Shown here: in pieces, positions 1 to 12,666 of the stretch
Numbering within the stretch: position 1 is the first letter of the stretch
Layout of the letters: each line of letters begins with the position of its first letter
Source: Eledone cirrhosa
Lineage: Eukaryota
Length of the DNA stretch: 63,919 nucleotides
Assembly: GCA_964016885.1 (NCBI GenBank)
Contig: OZ024746.1
Span: 91,264,082 to 91,328,000, forward strand
Direction of reading: 5' to 3'
Made by a program: the position numbers and the translations under genes
The notes under the pieces: model-generated
Database searches by the model: none
What the model saw: only the letters and a program-made list of their open reading frames with translations
What the model was told of the DNA's origin: nothing

Positions 1-364
1 TATTTTTGTTTAGTTCCAAGATAGATTTGGTTGAACAGACCTTTGATCAAAGGTATTCCCACTATAACCATCTTACCTTATTTTTTAGGCATATGTAGCA
101 GTGTGTTGTAGGAGGTAACTAAAATTGGCAATAGAAAGAGCATCTCCAAATATAAGACACTTTACTCTTAAAGAGAACTATGATAAGTTTAATTAAAAAA
201 TCGTGGGCCCCACAAAACTAAGCCAAACTTAAACAGGCAAAATAACCTTAAAACATTTGATGTTTAGTGTAACCTCACGATTACATTATCTCAGAAGTCC
301 TTTCATTTGTTTTTGAAGATGGTAAGGAGGAGGATTTAGCTGATAATTTTAGCATATTATATTA

Positions 365-537
365 TGGCAGTATCGGTAGAACATCAGACACCATGCTTTG
401 CAACTTAGAGTTATGGCTCTTGACGTTGAAATCCACTGAGGTTCACTTTGCCTTTCATCCTTACAGGGTCGATAAAATAAAGTACCAGTAATGCATTGGA
501 GTCATTGCTGGCCTTGTGCCAAAAGTAGAAACAATTA
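365..537 (+). mobile_element. tRNA-derived SINE family A copy (degenerate)
   Basis: A-box-like TGGCAGTATCGG, central CTTTGCCTTTCATCCTTAC..GGTCGATAAAATAAAGTACCAG block, 3' GCTGGCCTTGTGCCAAAAGTAGAAACAATT; more than 15 copies in the window. Confidence 0.85.
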
Positions 538-559
538 TATTAATTGGATCTGAGAAAGA

Positions 560-716
560 TTGTGTCCTTGAGCAGGATACTTGATTTCACATTGCTCCAC
601 TCTACTCTGCTGTGAGTTGTACCTGAAATTCAACTGTGTTGTGCTGAATCTCCCGTAGAACAACGTTAAGCGTACATGTGTCTGTGGAATGCTCTGCCAC
701 TTAAACACACACTCAT
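560..716 (+). mobile_element. CORE-type SINE fragment
   Basis: TGTGTCCTTGAGCAGGATACTT resembles the CORE domain; homologous to 11390-11530, 14360-14680 and 18062-18143. Confidence 0.55.
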
Positions 717-1622
717 GAAATGAATATGTACGTTGAGAGAGAAATACTCTTTTGTACTTTTAATAGTTATTGTGTCCTGAAGTACTTATTTCAGTCTTAT
801 ACTCTCTCTCACACACATGTATTTATACACATACACATATACACACACACACACACATACACACACACATACATACACACATATATAGTGAGGGATTATA
901 TAACTGCAACTTTGGTATTGAGTACTCATTCTCATGTCCATCTATAACATGTGTGTGTGTGTATATATATATATATACAAGTGGAAGCTTAGTAAAATCG
1001 AAGCAAAGTCGATCTACAATAGGAATGAGTTAGCAATGCACTCAATAAGAGTAGGTCCTTAGAGTAATAACATACGTTTAAATAGCTTGACAAATTGAAC
1101 CTTGCGGTAGGCAAAACCCAACCATACAGTACCAAAGTAACGAAAGAACTAACAGGTTAAATATATATATATATATATATATATGAGAGAAAGGGAGAGA
1201 TCAGTAGCAGGTAAAACCGACATAAAAGGATGAGGGGGAGAGAGAGAGAGAGACCTGAAGTAGGTAAAACAGACATGGGTGGGGAGAGAGACTCTTCATT
1301 AAATTATATATTTATTGTCCTCTGATGTATGCATGTCTTTCAGTTCAACAATGAACTAATAATAAATTCTTTTATGGTGAATTTTGCTGCCAAATTTTGA
1401 AGCAAAGAATGAAACTGGACTTGTGATTGCCAAGTTAAACAAAGCTGTCTTTTCTTTATCAGCTTCATTGCTAATCAAATTAGATATTTAACATACTTTT
1501 AGAGCACACCTGTAGGTTATCATTGCGTCTTGACATTTTAGTACACTATTATAATACTGAGGTGTGCCAAAGGTGTTAGGTTTTACAGTAGCTTGTTATA
1601 TTTATTGGAGGGGGGGGTATAT

Positions 1623-1815
1623 GGGGGTCAGTTCATAGGCTGACCAAGATACTCTCATGGAATGACCAAATGAGGTTTATTTTTCAACATAATCCCTAGA
1701 AAGAAGCAATGCAGTTATTAATGAGAAGAGTTGAAAATATTGTATGCAAGATTTCACAGCTCTAGCATCACTCGTTTATTTATAGTCAGCCTCTTGACTT
1801 TTCAGCCGACCCTCG
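1623..1815 (-). mobile_element. mariner-like MITE (left end damaged)
   Basis: Ends ACTTTTCAGCCGACCCTCG followed by TA; reverse-orientation copy of 13999-14193. Confidence 0.75.
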
Positions 1816-2180
1816 TACTTTACTATGCAACTAAAGACCTATTTTATCTGATACTTTTTTTGTTTTCCAATTATCTAAAAGTGATCTGTTGTCTGATGCA
1901 GGGCTTCAAGGTCATATTTAAATTTATAGCTTTAGTTTATGTTTTGGTGATATGTGTCCCAGCAACATCTGGAATTGATGTAAAAGTTAAAGGCTGTAAA
2001 CACTTGAACTCAAGTGTAAAATGTTTGCCCCCCACCCCCTTAGGAGCAGCATGTAGGTGTTAGTGTTTTCAAGGAAGATAACACTCAAATGTCTCTAACA
2101 TTGAATTGATCTTGTCTGATCATATTTATTGTCATTTACTCTAAAAATGAAGAACTGACACAATATTTACAAATTATTTC

Positions 2181-2362
2181 GGCAGTATCGGTAGAGGGTC
2201 GGACGCCATGCTTTGATGCAAAGAGTTACGCCCCTTTACGATCTGAGTTCAAATCCCGCCGAGGTTAACTTTGCCTTTCATCCTTACGGGGATCGATAAA
2301 ATAAAGTACCAGTAATGTACTGGGTAATTGCTGGCCTTGTGCCAAAAGTAGAAACAATTATT
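2181..2362 (+). mobile_element. SINE family A copy
   Basis: A box, B box GAGTTCAAATCC, central block and ATT tail. Confidence 0.9.
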
Positions 2363-2430
2363 TCATAAGATGCTGTGTGTTACAATGTATTTGGTTACTT
2401 TATATCAGTCATAGACAAACTGTGACCCAC

Positions 2431-2520
2431 GAGCCACATGTGGGCCATGAACCACATGTGGGCCATGAGCCACATGTGGGCCATGAGCCACATGTGGGCC
2501 ATGAGCCACATGTGGGCCAT
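2431..2520. repeat. 18-bp minisatellite (GAGCCACATGTGGGCCAT) x~5
   Basis: Direct tandem copies. Confidence 0.95.
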
Positions 2521-2574
2521 TTGGCTTTCTGAATGGCATGTTTAATTTCAAAATTGCTTTGAATTTCTTAGTAG

Positions 2575-3322
2575 TGTGGCCCACCTTATGTTGATCCACA
2601 TCCTATGTGGTCCACCTTATGATGACCCACATCCTATGTGACCCACCTTATGATGATCCACATCCTATGTGGCCCAACTTATGATGAGCCACATCCTATG
2701 TGGCCCACCTTTTAAGCTACATCCTATGTGACCCACCTTATGATGATCCACATCCTATGTGGTCCACCTTATGATGAGTCACATCCTATGTGGCCCACCT
2801 TATGATGAGCCTCATCCTATGTGGTCCACCTTATAATGAGCCACATCCTATGTGGTCCACCTTATGATGAGCCACATCCTATGTGGCCCACCTTATGATG
2901 AGCCACATCCTATGTGACCCACCTTATGATGAGCCTCATCCTATGTGGTCCACCTTATAATGAGCCACATCCTATGTGGTCCACCTTATGATGAGCCACA
3001 TCCTATGTGGCCCACCTTATGATGAGCCACATCCTATGTGGTCCACCTTATAATGAGCCACATCCTATGTGGTCCACCTTATGATGAGCCACATCCTATG
3101 TGACCCACCTTATGATGAGCCTCATCCTATGTGGTCCACCTTATGATGAGTCACATCCTATGTGGTCCACCTTATGATGAGCCACATCCTATGTGGTCCA
3201 CCTTATAATGAGCCACATCCTATGTGGTCCACCTTATGATGAGCCACATCCTATGTGGCCCACCTTATAATGAGCCACACCCTATGTGACCCACCTTATG
3301 TTGAGCCTCATCCTATGTGGCC
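2575..3322. repeat. 31-bp minisatellite (GTGGTCCACCTTATGATGAGCCACATCCTAT) x~24
   Basis: Period 31, e.g. units at 2821 and 2852. Confidence 0.95.
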
Positions 3323-3370
3323 AATGCCTGCTTTAGAGATAGTTTTTAAAAATGCCAAGGAACAAAAAAA

Positions 3371-3558
3371 ATCATCATCATCACGTCCACTTTTCCACAC
3401 TTGCTTGGATTTGTCGGGTCCTTCTCAGCACAGCATCTCTCCATTCACTATGTTCCTTTGTCATCAAATTTGTGAGTCTCAGTGATTTGAGGTCAGCTCC
3501 CACAAACTCTGCCCACGTCTTTCTTGGTCTACCTCTACTACAGCTTCCTTCCTCTGGG
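3371..3558 (-). mobile_element. RTE-clade LINE 3' end fragment
   Basis: Minus strand encodes GRPRKTW; ends in the same tail and (GAT)n as 58617-59082. Confidence 0.8.
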
Positions 3559-3651
3559 AATATTATAATATCAATTATAATTTCTTAGTTTTATAAACTG
3601 TGGAAGATATTTAAAAATTTGTGATGAACTACTATTATTTATCAATATCAA

Positions 3652-3840
3652 AGGGCAGTGGATTGGCAGTATCGGTAGAGGGTCAGACATGCTTTCCAGC
3701 ATAGTTACTTCCCTTTATGAATCTGAGTTCAAATCCCGCCGAGGTTAACTTTGCCTTTCATCCTTACGGGGTCGATAAAATAAAGTACCAGTAATGTACT
3801 GGGTAATTGCTGGCCTTGTGCCAAAAGTAGAAACAATTAT
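3652..3840 (+). mobile_element. SINE family A, full length with TSD
   Basis: 18-bp direct repeat ATTATTTATCAATATCAA at 3634-3651 and 3836-3853. Confidence 0.93.
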
Positions 3841-4048
3841 TTATCAATATCAAGTGTTACTTGTAGTGGAGGGTATTCTCTTGACATCCCTGTTCTTCTG
3901 GTGTCACAAGTACAACATTCACTACAGAAGATATGACAACCTCTTTCAGTTGTAGTTACATGGAGTGCTAAGAGGAGCTGCAAATACTTTGATAATGATG
4001 TGAAATGTGTTTAGAGTGGACCACAGTTGTTATAGTCACTTCCCTTAA

Positions 4049-4267
4049 CCCTTTAGTGTTTAAACCAGCCATAACTGGTCAGAATTCTCTCACCTCTTTC
4101 TGTTCAAACTGGCCATAACCAACTGTTCATACTTATGTTAACGTATTGTTCTGAAAATAAATAATATCAAAATCTTGTACATTCGGTATTATGTGAAATG
4201 ATTATCAGATAAAGTGTTTACAATGAAAATACAAGAGTAAATATAGAGTAATGTAAATGATAAAGGG
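4049..4267 (-). mobile_element. piggyBac-like MITE family C
   Basis: TTAA|CCCTTTA ... TAAAGGG|TTAA termini; about 11 homologous copies in the window. Confidence 0.85.
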
Positions 4268-4721
4268 TTAATACATCAGGCTCAAGCTCCCTTCTCATAT
4301 TCCAGCTATTGGGCTGATCATTTTCTACTCAGAATGCTTTAATTTAAATCTTTTAATGTGATTTCTGATATTGTGTGAAAGAAAAGGTTGAGATTTGCCA
4401 GCCTCTCATGATGCTTTGGAAATATCTGTCAAAAGACAGAGGTCACAAGTTCTTCTATCCAGATGCCATAGCCTGAGACTCAGATATTATATTCAGAATA
4501 TAGAGAATGCAGTGAGTGACAGAGCTACACGGAGAGCTATAGCTATCCTTAAGACTGCAAGATTATCATCATTTTACGTCCGCTTTTCCCTGCTTGAAAG
4601 GGTGGGACAAAAATGTAAGTATGCAATGGATTTAGAGTATACCACCTTAAACACTCGGCCACCTCGATGATGATAATGTGATACCAAAAACTAAGTTTAT
4701 GAACCAATTTTATTTTGCTAA

Positions 4722-5357
4722 GTTTGGCACCCCACTACACTAAACATGCTTCGTTGATGAGGTTTGTCACCCCACTACACTAAACATGCTTCGTTGATGA
4801 GGTTTGGCACCCCACTACACTAAACATGCTTCGTTGACAAGGTTTGGCACCCCACTACACTAAACATGCTTCGTTGACGAGGTTTGGCACCCCGCTACAC
4901 TAAACATGCTTCGTTGACAAGGTTTGGCACCCCACTACACTAAACATGCTTCGTTGACAAGGTTTGGCACCCCACTACACTAAACATGCTTCGTTGACAA
5001 GGTTTGGCACCCCACTACACTAAACATGCTTCGTTGACGAGGTTTGGCACCCCACTACACTAAACATGCTTCTTTGACGAGGTTTGGCACCCCACTACAC
5101 TAAACATGCTTCTTTGACGAGGTTTGGCACCCCACTACACTAAACATGCTTCGTTGACGAGGTTTGGCACCCTGCTACACTAAACATGCTTCTTTGACGA
5201 GGTTTGGCACCCCGCTACACTAAACATGCTTAGTTGATGAGGTTTGGCACCCCCACTACACTAAACATGCTTCTTTGACGAGGTTTGGCACCCCGCTACA
5301 CTAAACATGCTTCTTTGACGAGGTTTGGTACCCCGCTACACTAAACATGCTTCGTTG
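4722..5357. repeat. 40-bp minisatellite (GGTTTGGCACCCCACTACACTAAACATGCTTCGTTGACGA) x~16
   Basis: Direct tandem copies, period 40. Confidence 0.97.
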
Positions 5358-5908
5358 TCTGCTTTAAAAAACTGCTCATTTGTAGAACTTAGTGTTTTTG
5401 AAATAAGAATTTAGCAACAATTAAATTTCTAATTAAAATAGACGAAATAGTAATTAATTAGTTGAAAACATTTTTTCTGAAAGATAAATTGATTTAAATT
5501 TTCTATGTTGAAACATTTTCTCATAACATTCTATCTAGAGTAGATTATTAAAATTGAAAATGTTATATTTAACTGAATCTAATTGAAAACTTTCATGAAA
5601 TCAATTTCTATATAATTATAAAACTAGGAGATTTATCAAAAGTACTTTTATAGTTGTTGATTCTTCACCTAATGAATTCTTTGGAATCTATATTGATAAT
5701 ATTTTGTAATAAACTGTAATTAAATTTTTTAAAAAAGAGCAAATAATTTTAATATTTCATATTACTTAAAAGTTCTACTTTCAAATTTTATTTTCAATAA
5801 TTGCAATTTATGTACACAAGACAAAAAATGTCTAGTTTTCAAAATGTATTTTTTTTTTTTTAAATCATAAATTTTTGTTTATCATCTCAATAATATAATT
5901 TTATTTAA

Positions 5909-6131
5909 CCCTTTAGCATTCACATTACTCTATATATACTATTGTATTTTCATAGTAAAGGCTTTACCTCACATAATAACCTCACATAATTATCTCACAT
6001 AATATTGAATCTATGAGATTTTGATTTTATTTATTTTGAAAACAATATCTTAACATCAGTTTGAGCAACCAGTTACAGCCAGTTTCAACAGAAAGAGGTA
6101 GAGAATTCTGGCCGGTTTGAACATTAAAGGG
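5909..6131 (+). mobile_element. piggyBac-like MITE family C
   Basis: TTAA at 5905-5908 and 6132-6135; CCCTTTA/TAAAGGG TIR. Confidence 0.88.
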
Positions 6132-6490
6132 TTAAGGATTTTTGTTTGTTTTGATACATAATGAAAAATTCTTCAATAGTTTTGATAGTATATATTACAG
6201 TCTAAGGGATTCCTAAATGTCTCTAAAAGGGTGGAATATTAAGTACTTTATTCCTACATCTATGTAAACAAAGACAGGATCATAAAATAGCCTACTGCTG
6301 GGAAGAACTGTTATCTGCCAGATATATAATGTTGACATTATTGACATCTTAACTATGTCATCTCTTAACTATGAAATTTCAGTACTAGGCATGTCATCTC
6401 TGCTTGATTACCCTCAGACATAAAAACTGTAGAATTTCAGTACTAGATGATCACTATCATATCAGATGGCAGCAAAATAGCAACAGTTAC

Positions 6491-6958
6491 TCTGTCTGTG
6501 TGTCTCTGTGTGTCTGTGTCTGTGTCTGTGTGTGTGTGTGTGTGTGTGTCTGTGTGTCTGTGTGTCTCTGTGTGTATGTGTGTGTGTGTCTGTCTGTGTG
6601 TCTCTATGTGTCTGTGTGCGTGTGTGTCTGTCTGTCTGTGTGTCTCTGTGTGTATGTGTCTGTGTGTCTGTCTGTCTGTGTGTCTCTGTGTGTATGTGTC
6701 TGTGTCTGTGTGTATGTGTCTGTGTGTGTGTGTCTGTCTGTGTGTCTCTATGTGTCTGTGTCTGTCTGTCTGTCTGTGTCTGTATGTGTGTGTGTGTCTG
6801 TGTATGACTGTCTGTCTGTGTGTGTGTGTCTGCATGTCTGTGTGTGTGTTTGTCTGTGTGTGTGTGTGTGTGTGTATCTGTGTGTCTCTGTGTGTGTGTG
6901 TGTGTGTATGTGTCTGTGTGTCTGTGTGTGTGTGTGTGTCTGTATCTGTGTGTGTGTC
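6491..6958. repeat. compound (TG/TC)n microsatellite
   Basis: Seen directly. Confidence 0.95.
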
Positions 6959-6990
6959 CAATCCTGAAATACTCCGAGTAACATTAATAC

Positions 6991-7177
6991 GGTGGATTGG
7001 CAGTATCGGTAGAGGGTCGGACGCCATGCTTTGCAGCATAGTTACGGCCCTTGCCATTCTGAGTTCAAATCTTGCCGAGGTTAACTTTGCCTTTCATCCT
7101 TACGGGGTTGATAACATAAAGTACCAGTAATACACTTGGATAATTGCTGGCCTTGTGCCAAAAAGTAGAAACAATTA
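6991..7177 (+). mobile_element. SINE family A copy
   Basis: Full head to tail. Confidence 0.9.
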
Positions 7178-7264
7178 ATAATCACATTATTATAATTATT
7201 ATTGTGTGCGATTTTAAGGCCAGTAGAATAAAATATTTGGAACTAATTTGGCTGTTATATGATA

Positions 7265-7657
7265 TTAAACCAGCTCTATCTGGCCAGAATTCTCTCACCT
7301 CTTTCTCTTCAAACCGGCTGTAACCAGCCACTCATTCTGATGTTAAGGTATTGTTCTGAAAATAAGTAATATCAAAATCTCGTAGATTCGATATTATGTG
7401 AGATATTATGTGAGGTAAAGCCTTTACTGTGAAAATACAATAGTATATATAGAGTAATGTAAATGGTATGTGAGATATTATGTGAGGTAAAGCCTTTACT
7501 GTGAAAATACAATAGTATATATAGAGTAATGTAAATGTTATGTGAGATATTGTGAGGTAAAGCCTTTACTGTGAAAATACAATAGTATATATAGAGTAAT
7601 GTAAATGGTATGTGAGATATTATGTGAGGTAAAGCCTTTACTGTGAAAATACAATAG

Positions 7658-7665
<8 letters not shown>
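7265..7665 (-). mobile_element. MITE family C, truncated, with ~4 internal 72-bp tandem units
   Basis: Homology to 5909-6131; ends in (TA)n/(TG)n. Confidence 0.8.
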
Positions 7666-7692
<27 letters not shown>

Positions 7693-8320
7693 ATCTGTAG
7701 TAACACTGCCATCTTCTATCTTCAGTCATTATAAACTTTGTTAGAGATTTCATGCAATTCTGGAGCTATCTTAAGTAATATCCCTCTCTCTTCTCTCTTT
7801 ATCCCTCTCCCTCTTTCTATCCCTCTCTCTCCTCTCCCTCTTTCTCCTCTCCCTCTTTCTATCCCTCTCTCACTCTGTTGTTCTCTCACTCTGTATCTCA
7901 CTCTCTCTATATGTACATCTATCTCTCCCTCTCCCTCTCCCACTATACCCCTCCCCTCCCACCTACCTCATTACCCCCCCCCCCCCCCCTCGACCACCTC
8001 ACACATTGTCTTATAAGAAATATAGGTGAAAATATTCATTATAAAGGTGAGGTTATGACAACTCTGCAGCCAGATAAATGTGATTCCATTGATAGATTCT
8101 ACAGATTGATAGATTATAGATCTGTAAAACTATTGATATAAATGAAGAAATCAATCAAGTTTAGTATACAATAAACCATCTAATCTCACACAGACACGCA
8201 CATACACATACACAGGCATGCAGAGAAACACACACACACAGACACAGAAACACACACACACAGACAGACACACAGAGAGGCACACCGAGAAACACACACA
8301 AACACACTCAAACACACACA

Positions 8321-10635
8321 GACTGGGAGAGGTACATATTACCCATATATAGAGTTAGTAAGCCATCACAGACTAGGAGAGGTACCTAGTACCCTTATAT
8401 AGAGCTAGTAAGCCATGACAGACTGGGAGAGGTACCTAGTACCCTTATATAGAGTTAGTAAGCCATCACAGACTAGGAGAGGTACCTAGTACCCTTATAT
8501 AGAGCTAGTAAGCCATGACAGACTGGGAGAGGTACCTAGTACCCTTATATAGAGCTAGTAAGCCATGACAGACTGGGAGAGGTACCTAGTACCCTTATAT
8601 AGAGCTAGTAAGCCATGACAGACTGGGAGAGGTACCTAGTACCCTTATATAGAGCTAGTAAGCCATGACAGACTAGGGGAGGTACCTAGTACCCTTATAT
8701 AGAGCTAGTAAGCCATGACAGACTGGGAGAGGTACCTAGTACCCTTATATAGAGCTAGTAAGCCATGACAGACTGGGAGCGGTACCTAGTACACTTATAT
8801 AGAGTTAGTAAGCCATGACAGACTAGGAGAGGTACCTAGTACCCTTATATAGAGCTAGTAAGCCATGACAGACTGGGAGAGGTACCTAGTACCCTTATAT
8901 AGAGCTAGTAAGCCATGACAGACTGGGAGAGGTACCTAGTACCCTTATATAGAGCTAGTAAGCCATGACAGACTGGGAGAGGTACCTAGTACCCTTATAT
9001 AGAGCTAGTAAGCCATGACAGACTGGGAGAGGTACCTAGTACCCTTATATAGAGTTAGTAAGCCATGACAGACTAGGAGAGGTACCTAGTACCCTTATAT
9101 AGAGCTAGTAAGCCATGACAGACTAGGGGAGGTACCTAGTACCCTTATATAGAGTTAGTAAGCCATGACAGACTGGGAGAGGTACCTAGTACCCTTATAT
9201 AGAGCTAGTAAGCCATGACAGACTAGGAGAGGTACCTAGTACCCTTATATAGAGTTAGTAAGCCATGACAGACTAGGAGAGGTACCTAGTACCCTTATAT
9301 AGAGTTAGTAAGCCATGACAGACTAGGAGAGGTACCTAGTACCCTTATATAGAGCTAGTAAGCCATGACAGACTGGGAGAGGTACCTAGTACCCTTATAT
9401 AGAGCTAGTAAGCCATGACAGACTAGGAGAGGTACCTAGTACCCTTATATAGAGCTAGTAAGCCATGACAGACTAGAGGAGGTACCAAGTACCCTTATAT
9501 AGAGTTAGTAAGCCATGACAGACTGGGAGAGGTACCTAGTACACTTATATAGAGTTAGTAAGCCATGACAGACTAGGAGAGGTACCTAGTACACTTATAT
9601 AGAGTTAGTAAGCCATGACAGACTAGGAGAGGTACCTAGTGCACTTATATAGTGTTAGTAAGCCATGACAGACTAGGGGAGGTACCTAGTACCCTTATAT
9701 AGAGCTAGTAAGCCATCACAGACTAGGGGAGGTACCTAGTACCCTTATATAGGGCTAGTAAGCCATCACAGACTAGGAGAGGTACCTAGTACCCTTATAT
9801 AGAGCTAGTAAGCCATGACAGACTAGGAGAGGTACCTAGTACCCTTATATAGAGCTAGTAAGCCATGACAGACTAGAGGAGGTACTTAGTACCCTTATAT
9901 AGAGCTAGTAAGCCATGACAGACTGGGAGAGGTACCTAGTACCCTTATATAGAGCTAGTAAGCCATGGCAGACTAGGGGAGGTACCTAGTACCCTTATAT
10001 AGTGCTAGTAAGCCATGACAGACTAGGGGAGGTACCTAGTACCCTTATATAGAGTTAGTAAGCCATGACAGACTAGGGGAGGAACCTAGTACCCTTATAT
10101 AGAGCTAGTAAGCCATGACAGACTAGGAGAGGTACCTAGTACCCTTATATAGAGCTAGTAAGCCATGACAGACTAGGGGAGGTACCTAGTACCCTTATAT
10201 AGAGTTAGTAAGCCATGACAGACTAGGGGAGGTACCTAGTACCCTTATATAGAGCTAGTAAGCCATGACAGACTAGGAGAGGTACCTAGTACCCTTATAT
10301 AGAGCTAGTAAGCCATGACAGACTAGAGGAGGTACCAAGTACCCTTATATAGAGTTAGTAAGCCATGACAGACTAGGAGAGGTACCTAGTACCCTTATAT
10401 AGAGTTAGTAAGCCATGACAGACTAGGAGAGGTACCTAGTACCCTTATATAGAGTTAGTAAGCCATGACAGACTAGGAGAGGTACCTAGTGCACTTATAT
10501 AGTGTTAGTAAGCCATGACAGACTAGGGGAGGTACCTAGTACCCTTATATAGAGTTAGTAAGCCATGACAGACTAGGAGAGGTACCTAGTACCCTTATAT
10601 AGTGCTAGTAAGCCATGACAGACTAGGAGAGGTAC
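8321..10635. repeat. 50-bp minisatellite (GACTGGGAGAGGTACCTAGTACCCTTATATAGAGCTAGTAAGCCATGACA) x~46
   Basis: Exact 50-bp register maintained for 2.3 kb. Confidence 0.98.
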
Positions 10636-10934
10636 GACAGACTAGGAAAGGTTGCGTTGCACTACGATTTGACGGAACCTGAAACCATTTAGTTGCAAAT
10701 CCAACTCCTTAACCATACAGCCATGTCTGTATACATTGGTAATGGTAACCTCTTAAAAGACAGTAGGAGGACATCAGACAAACGAAATCTTTGATCAGAT
10801 TAGCTTCTCTCTTGTAGCTTTTTACTCATGTCATATTTGTCATTAAGACAATTAATGAATGCCACAACCTCTATTTTCCTCATTTCAATCTAGCTGTGTT
10901 TATTTATCCAGTTTTCCATTGATGGAGATTTCTG

Positions 10935-11167
10935 TTAACTTATTTGACACCAACTTGATCTAAACTACTTCTATAAAACAAGCCACTCTTTTTCAATGGT
11001 TCCTATTCAATTTAAAATCTTCCAACATAATTTTATATAAGAACCTTTTAAGTTATGTTACAAATATCATCTTAACAATGAAATAATAATTTTAATGAAT
11101 CCTTCTAGTTCATTAATTAAATGAAATACAGAGTTTTTCATTAGAAATATGGTAATAAAAGGGTTAA
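10935..11167 (+). mobile_element. piggyBac-like MITE family D (degenerate)
   Basis: Ends GAAATATGGTAATAAAAGGG|TTAA; homologous to 29750-29980 and 58331-58576. Confidence 0.65.
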
Positions 11168-11189
11168 TGAAAGATGAAGCATTTAACTT

Positions 11190-11345
11190 TAGCAGACCTA
11201 TGATCAAAGGAATTACAGACATGCCCCCCCCCCCCCTATCTTTGAATACTTAGTGTATCTCAGATTGCATTATCCAAAATATCTTTTCATTGTTAGATAA
11301 GTGTGATTTGGCTGCTATTTTTAATAGGTCTAATGACCACACCAT
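11190..11345 (+). mobile_element. unclassified interspersed repeat (GACCTATGATCAAAGG ... GATTTGGCTGCTATTT family)
   Basis: Related copies at about 33-350, 13490-13680 and 13920-14290. Confidence 0.55.
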
Positions 11346-11389
11346 GCAGCAGTATCTTTCCTTATTAAGTTGTTGGAGTTATTGCTTTT

Positions 11390-11530
11390 ATGGTTGGTTA
11401 TCCTCAAAAGGTTGTGAGTTCAATTCTCAGACCGGGTGATGTGTTGTTTCCTTGAGCAAGACACTTTATTTCATGTTGCTCCAGTTTACTCAGCTGTAGA
11501 AATGAGATGATAGGACTGGGGTCCCTATCA
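11390..11530 (+). mobile_element. CORE-type tRNA-derived SINE 5' part
   Basis: B-box-like GAGTTCAATTC; CCTTGAGCAAGACACTT; TGATAGGACTGGGGTCCCTATCA hairpin shared with the copies at about 16480 and 38390-38457. Confidence 0.65.
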
Positions 11531-11951
11531 TTAAATCACCCAAGACACCTCCAACGAGATATACCTTTGAGGAGGCCAGCTAAACCTGCATAGATGTGAA
11601 CTGTCACACACTACATAATAGATCTTTTTCTTTGTACATTTATTCCTGATAGGGCCCTGGGGGCCAAGCCCCCAAACTCTCCAGTGGGTCCTTGCAGAAG
11701 TAACCATCTCCAACTGATCCAGCAAACGTTACCAGCCAAGCTCATGGATGTTATCCAACCATCTTGCTTAAAAAAAAAAAAACTATTAACTCCTTACATT
11801 GAATCAAGAACAGGAATGTATCTTGACTGTTAAGATTCTTACATACTTATTGCTACAGGAATAATGGAAACCAAATCTGACTACAGCAGAATTTTAACTC
11901 AGATGACAAAACTAAAACTAGAGCAAATGGTAGACTCATTTTAACAATTAA

Positions 11952-12666
11952 CCCTTTATCATTTACATTATATTTACTATTGCATTTTCATGGTAAAGGC
12001 TTTATCTCACATAATATCTCACATACCATTTACATTACTCTATATATACTATTGTATTTTCATGGTAAAGGCTTTATCTCACATAATATCTCACATACCA
12101 TTTACATTACTCTATATATACTATTGTATTTTCATGGTAAAGGCTTTATCTCACATAATATCTCACATACCATTTACATTACTCTATATATACTATTGTA
12201 TTTTCACAGTAAAGGCTTCATCTCACATAATATCTCACATAACATTTACATTACTCTATATATACTATTGTATTTTCATGGTAAAGGCTTTATCTCACAT
12301 AATATCTCACATACCATTTACATTACTCTATATATACTATTGTATTTTCATGGTAAAGGCTTCATCTCACATAATATCTCACATAACATTTACATTACTC
12401 TATATATACTATTGTATTTTCATGGTAAAGGCTTCATCTCACATAATATCTCACATAACATTTACATTACTCTATATATACTATTGTATTTTCATGGTAA
12501 AGGCTTCATCTCACATAATATCTCACATAATATTCAATTTATAAGATTTTGATGTTATTTTGAGAACAATACCTTAACATCAGTATGACTGGCTAGTTAT
12601 GGCTGGTTTAAACAGAAAGAGGTGAGAGAAATCTGGCTGGATGCAGCCAGTTTAAATGCTAAAGGG
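11952..12666 (+). mobile_element. piggyBac-like MITE family C with ~8 internal 72-bp tandem units
   Basis: TTAA at 11948-11951 and 12667-12670; period 72 (units at 12001 and 12073). Confidence 0.9.

Larger units (their letters stand above)
2406..3330. mobile_element. hAT/Charlie-like MITE expanded by internal minisatellites
   Basis: Imperfect TIR CAGTCATAGACAA / TGGCCAATGCCTG; 8-bp flanks CTTTATAT / CTTTAGAG; subterminal GCCACATGTGG.CC as in Charlie-type elements. Confidence 0.5.

Noticed and set aside
978-1160. (TA)n-bounded island resembling the Penelope-end segments
   Set aside because: Only a UAAA-CGUAUG-UU half motif on the minus strand; no CUGANGA box found
3652-3745. tRNA gene suggested by A and B boxes
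   Set aside because: Head of a multi-copy SINE with TSDs; no cloverleaf
8321-10635. CRISPR-like appearance of the long regular arrays (also at 4722, 32822, 33586 and 52918)
   Set aside because: Units are contiguous with no unique spacers, there are no cas genes, and the context is eukaryotic
11980-12552. ORFs with a 24-aa repeat
   Set aside because: Translation of the 72-bp internal unit of MITE family C
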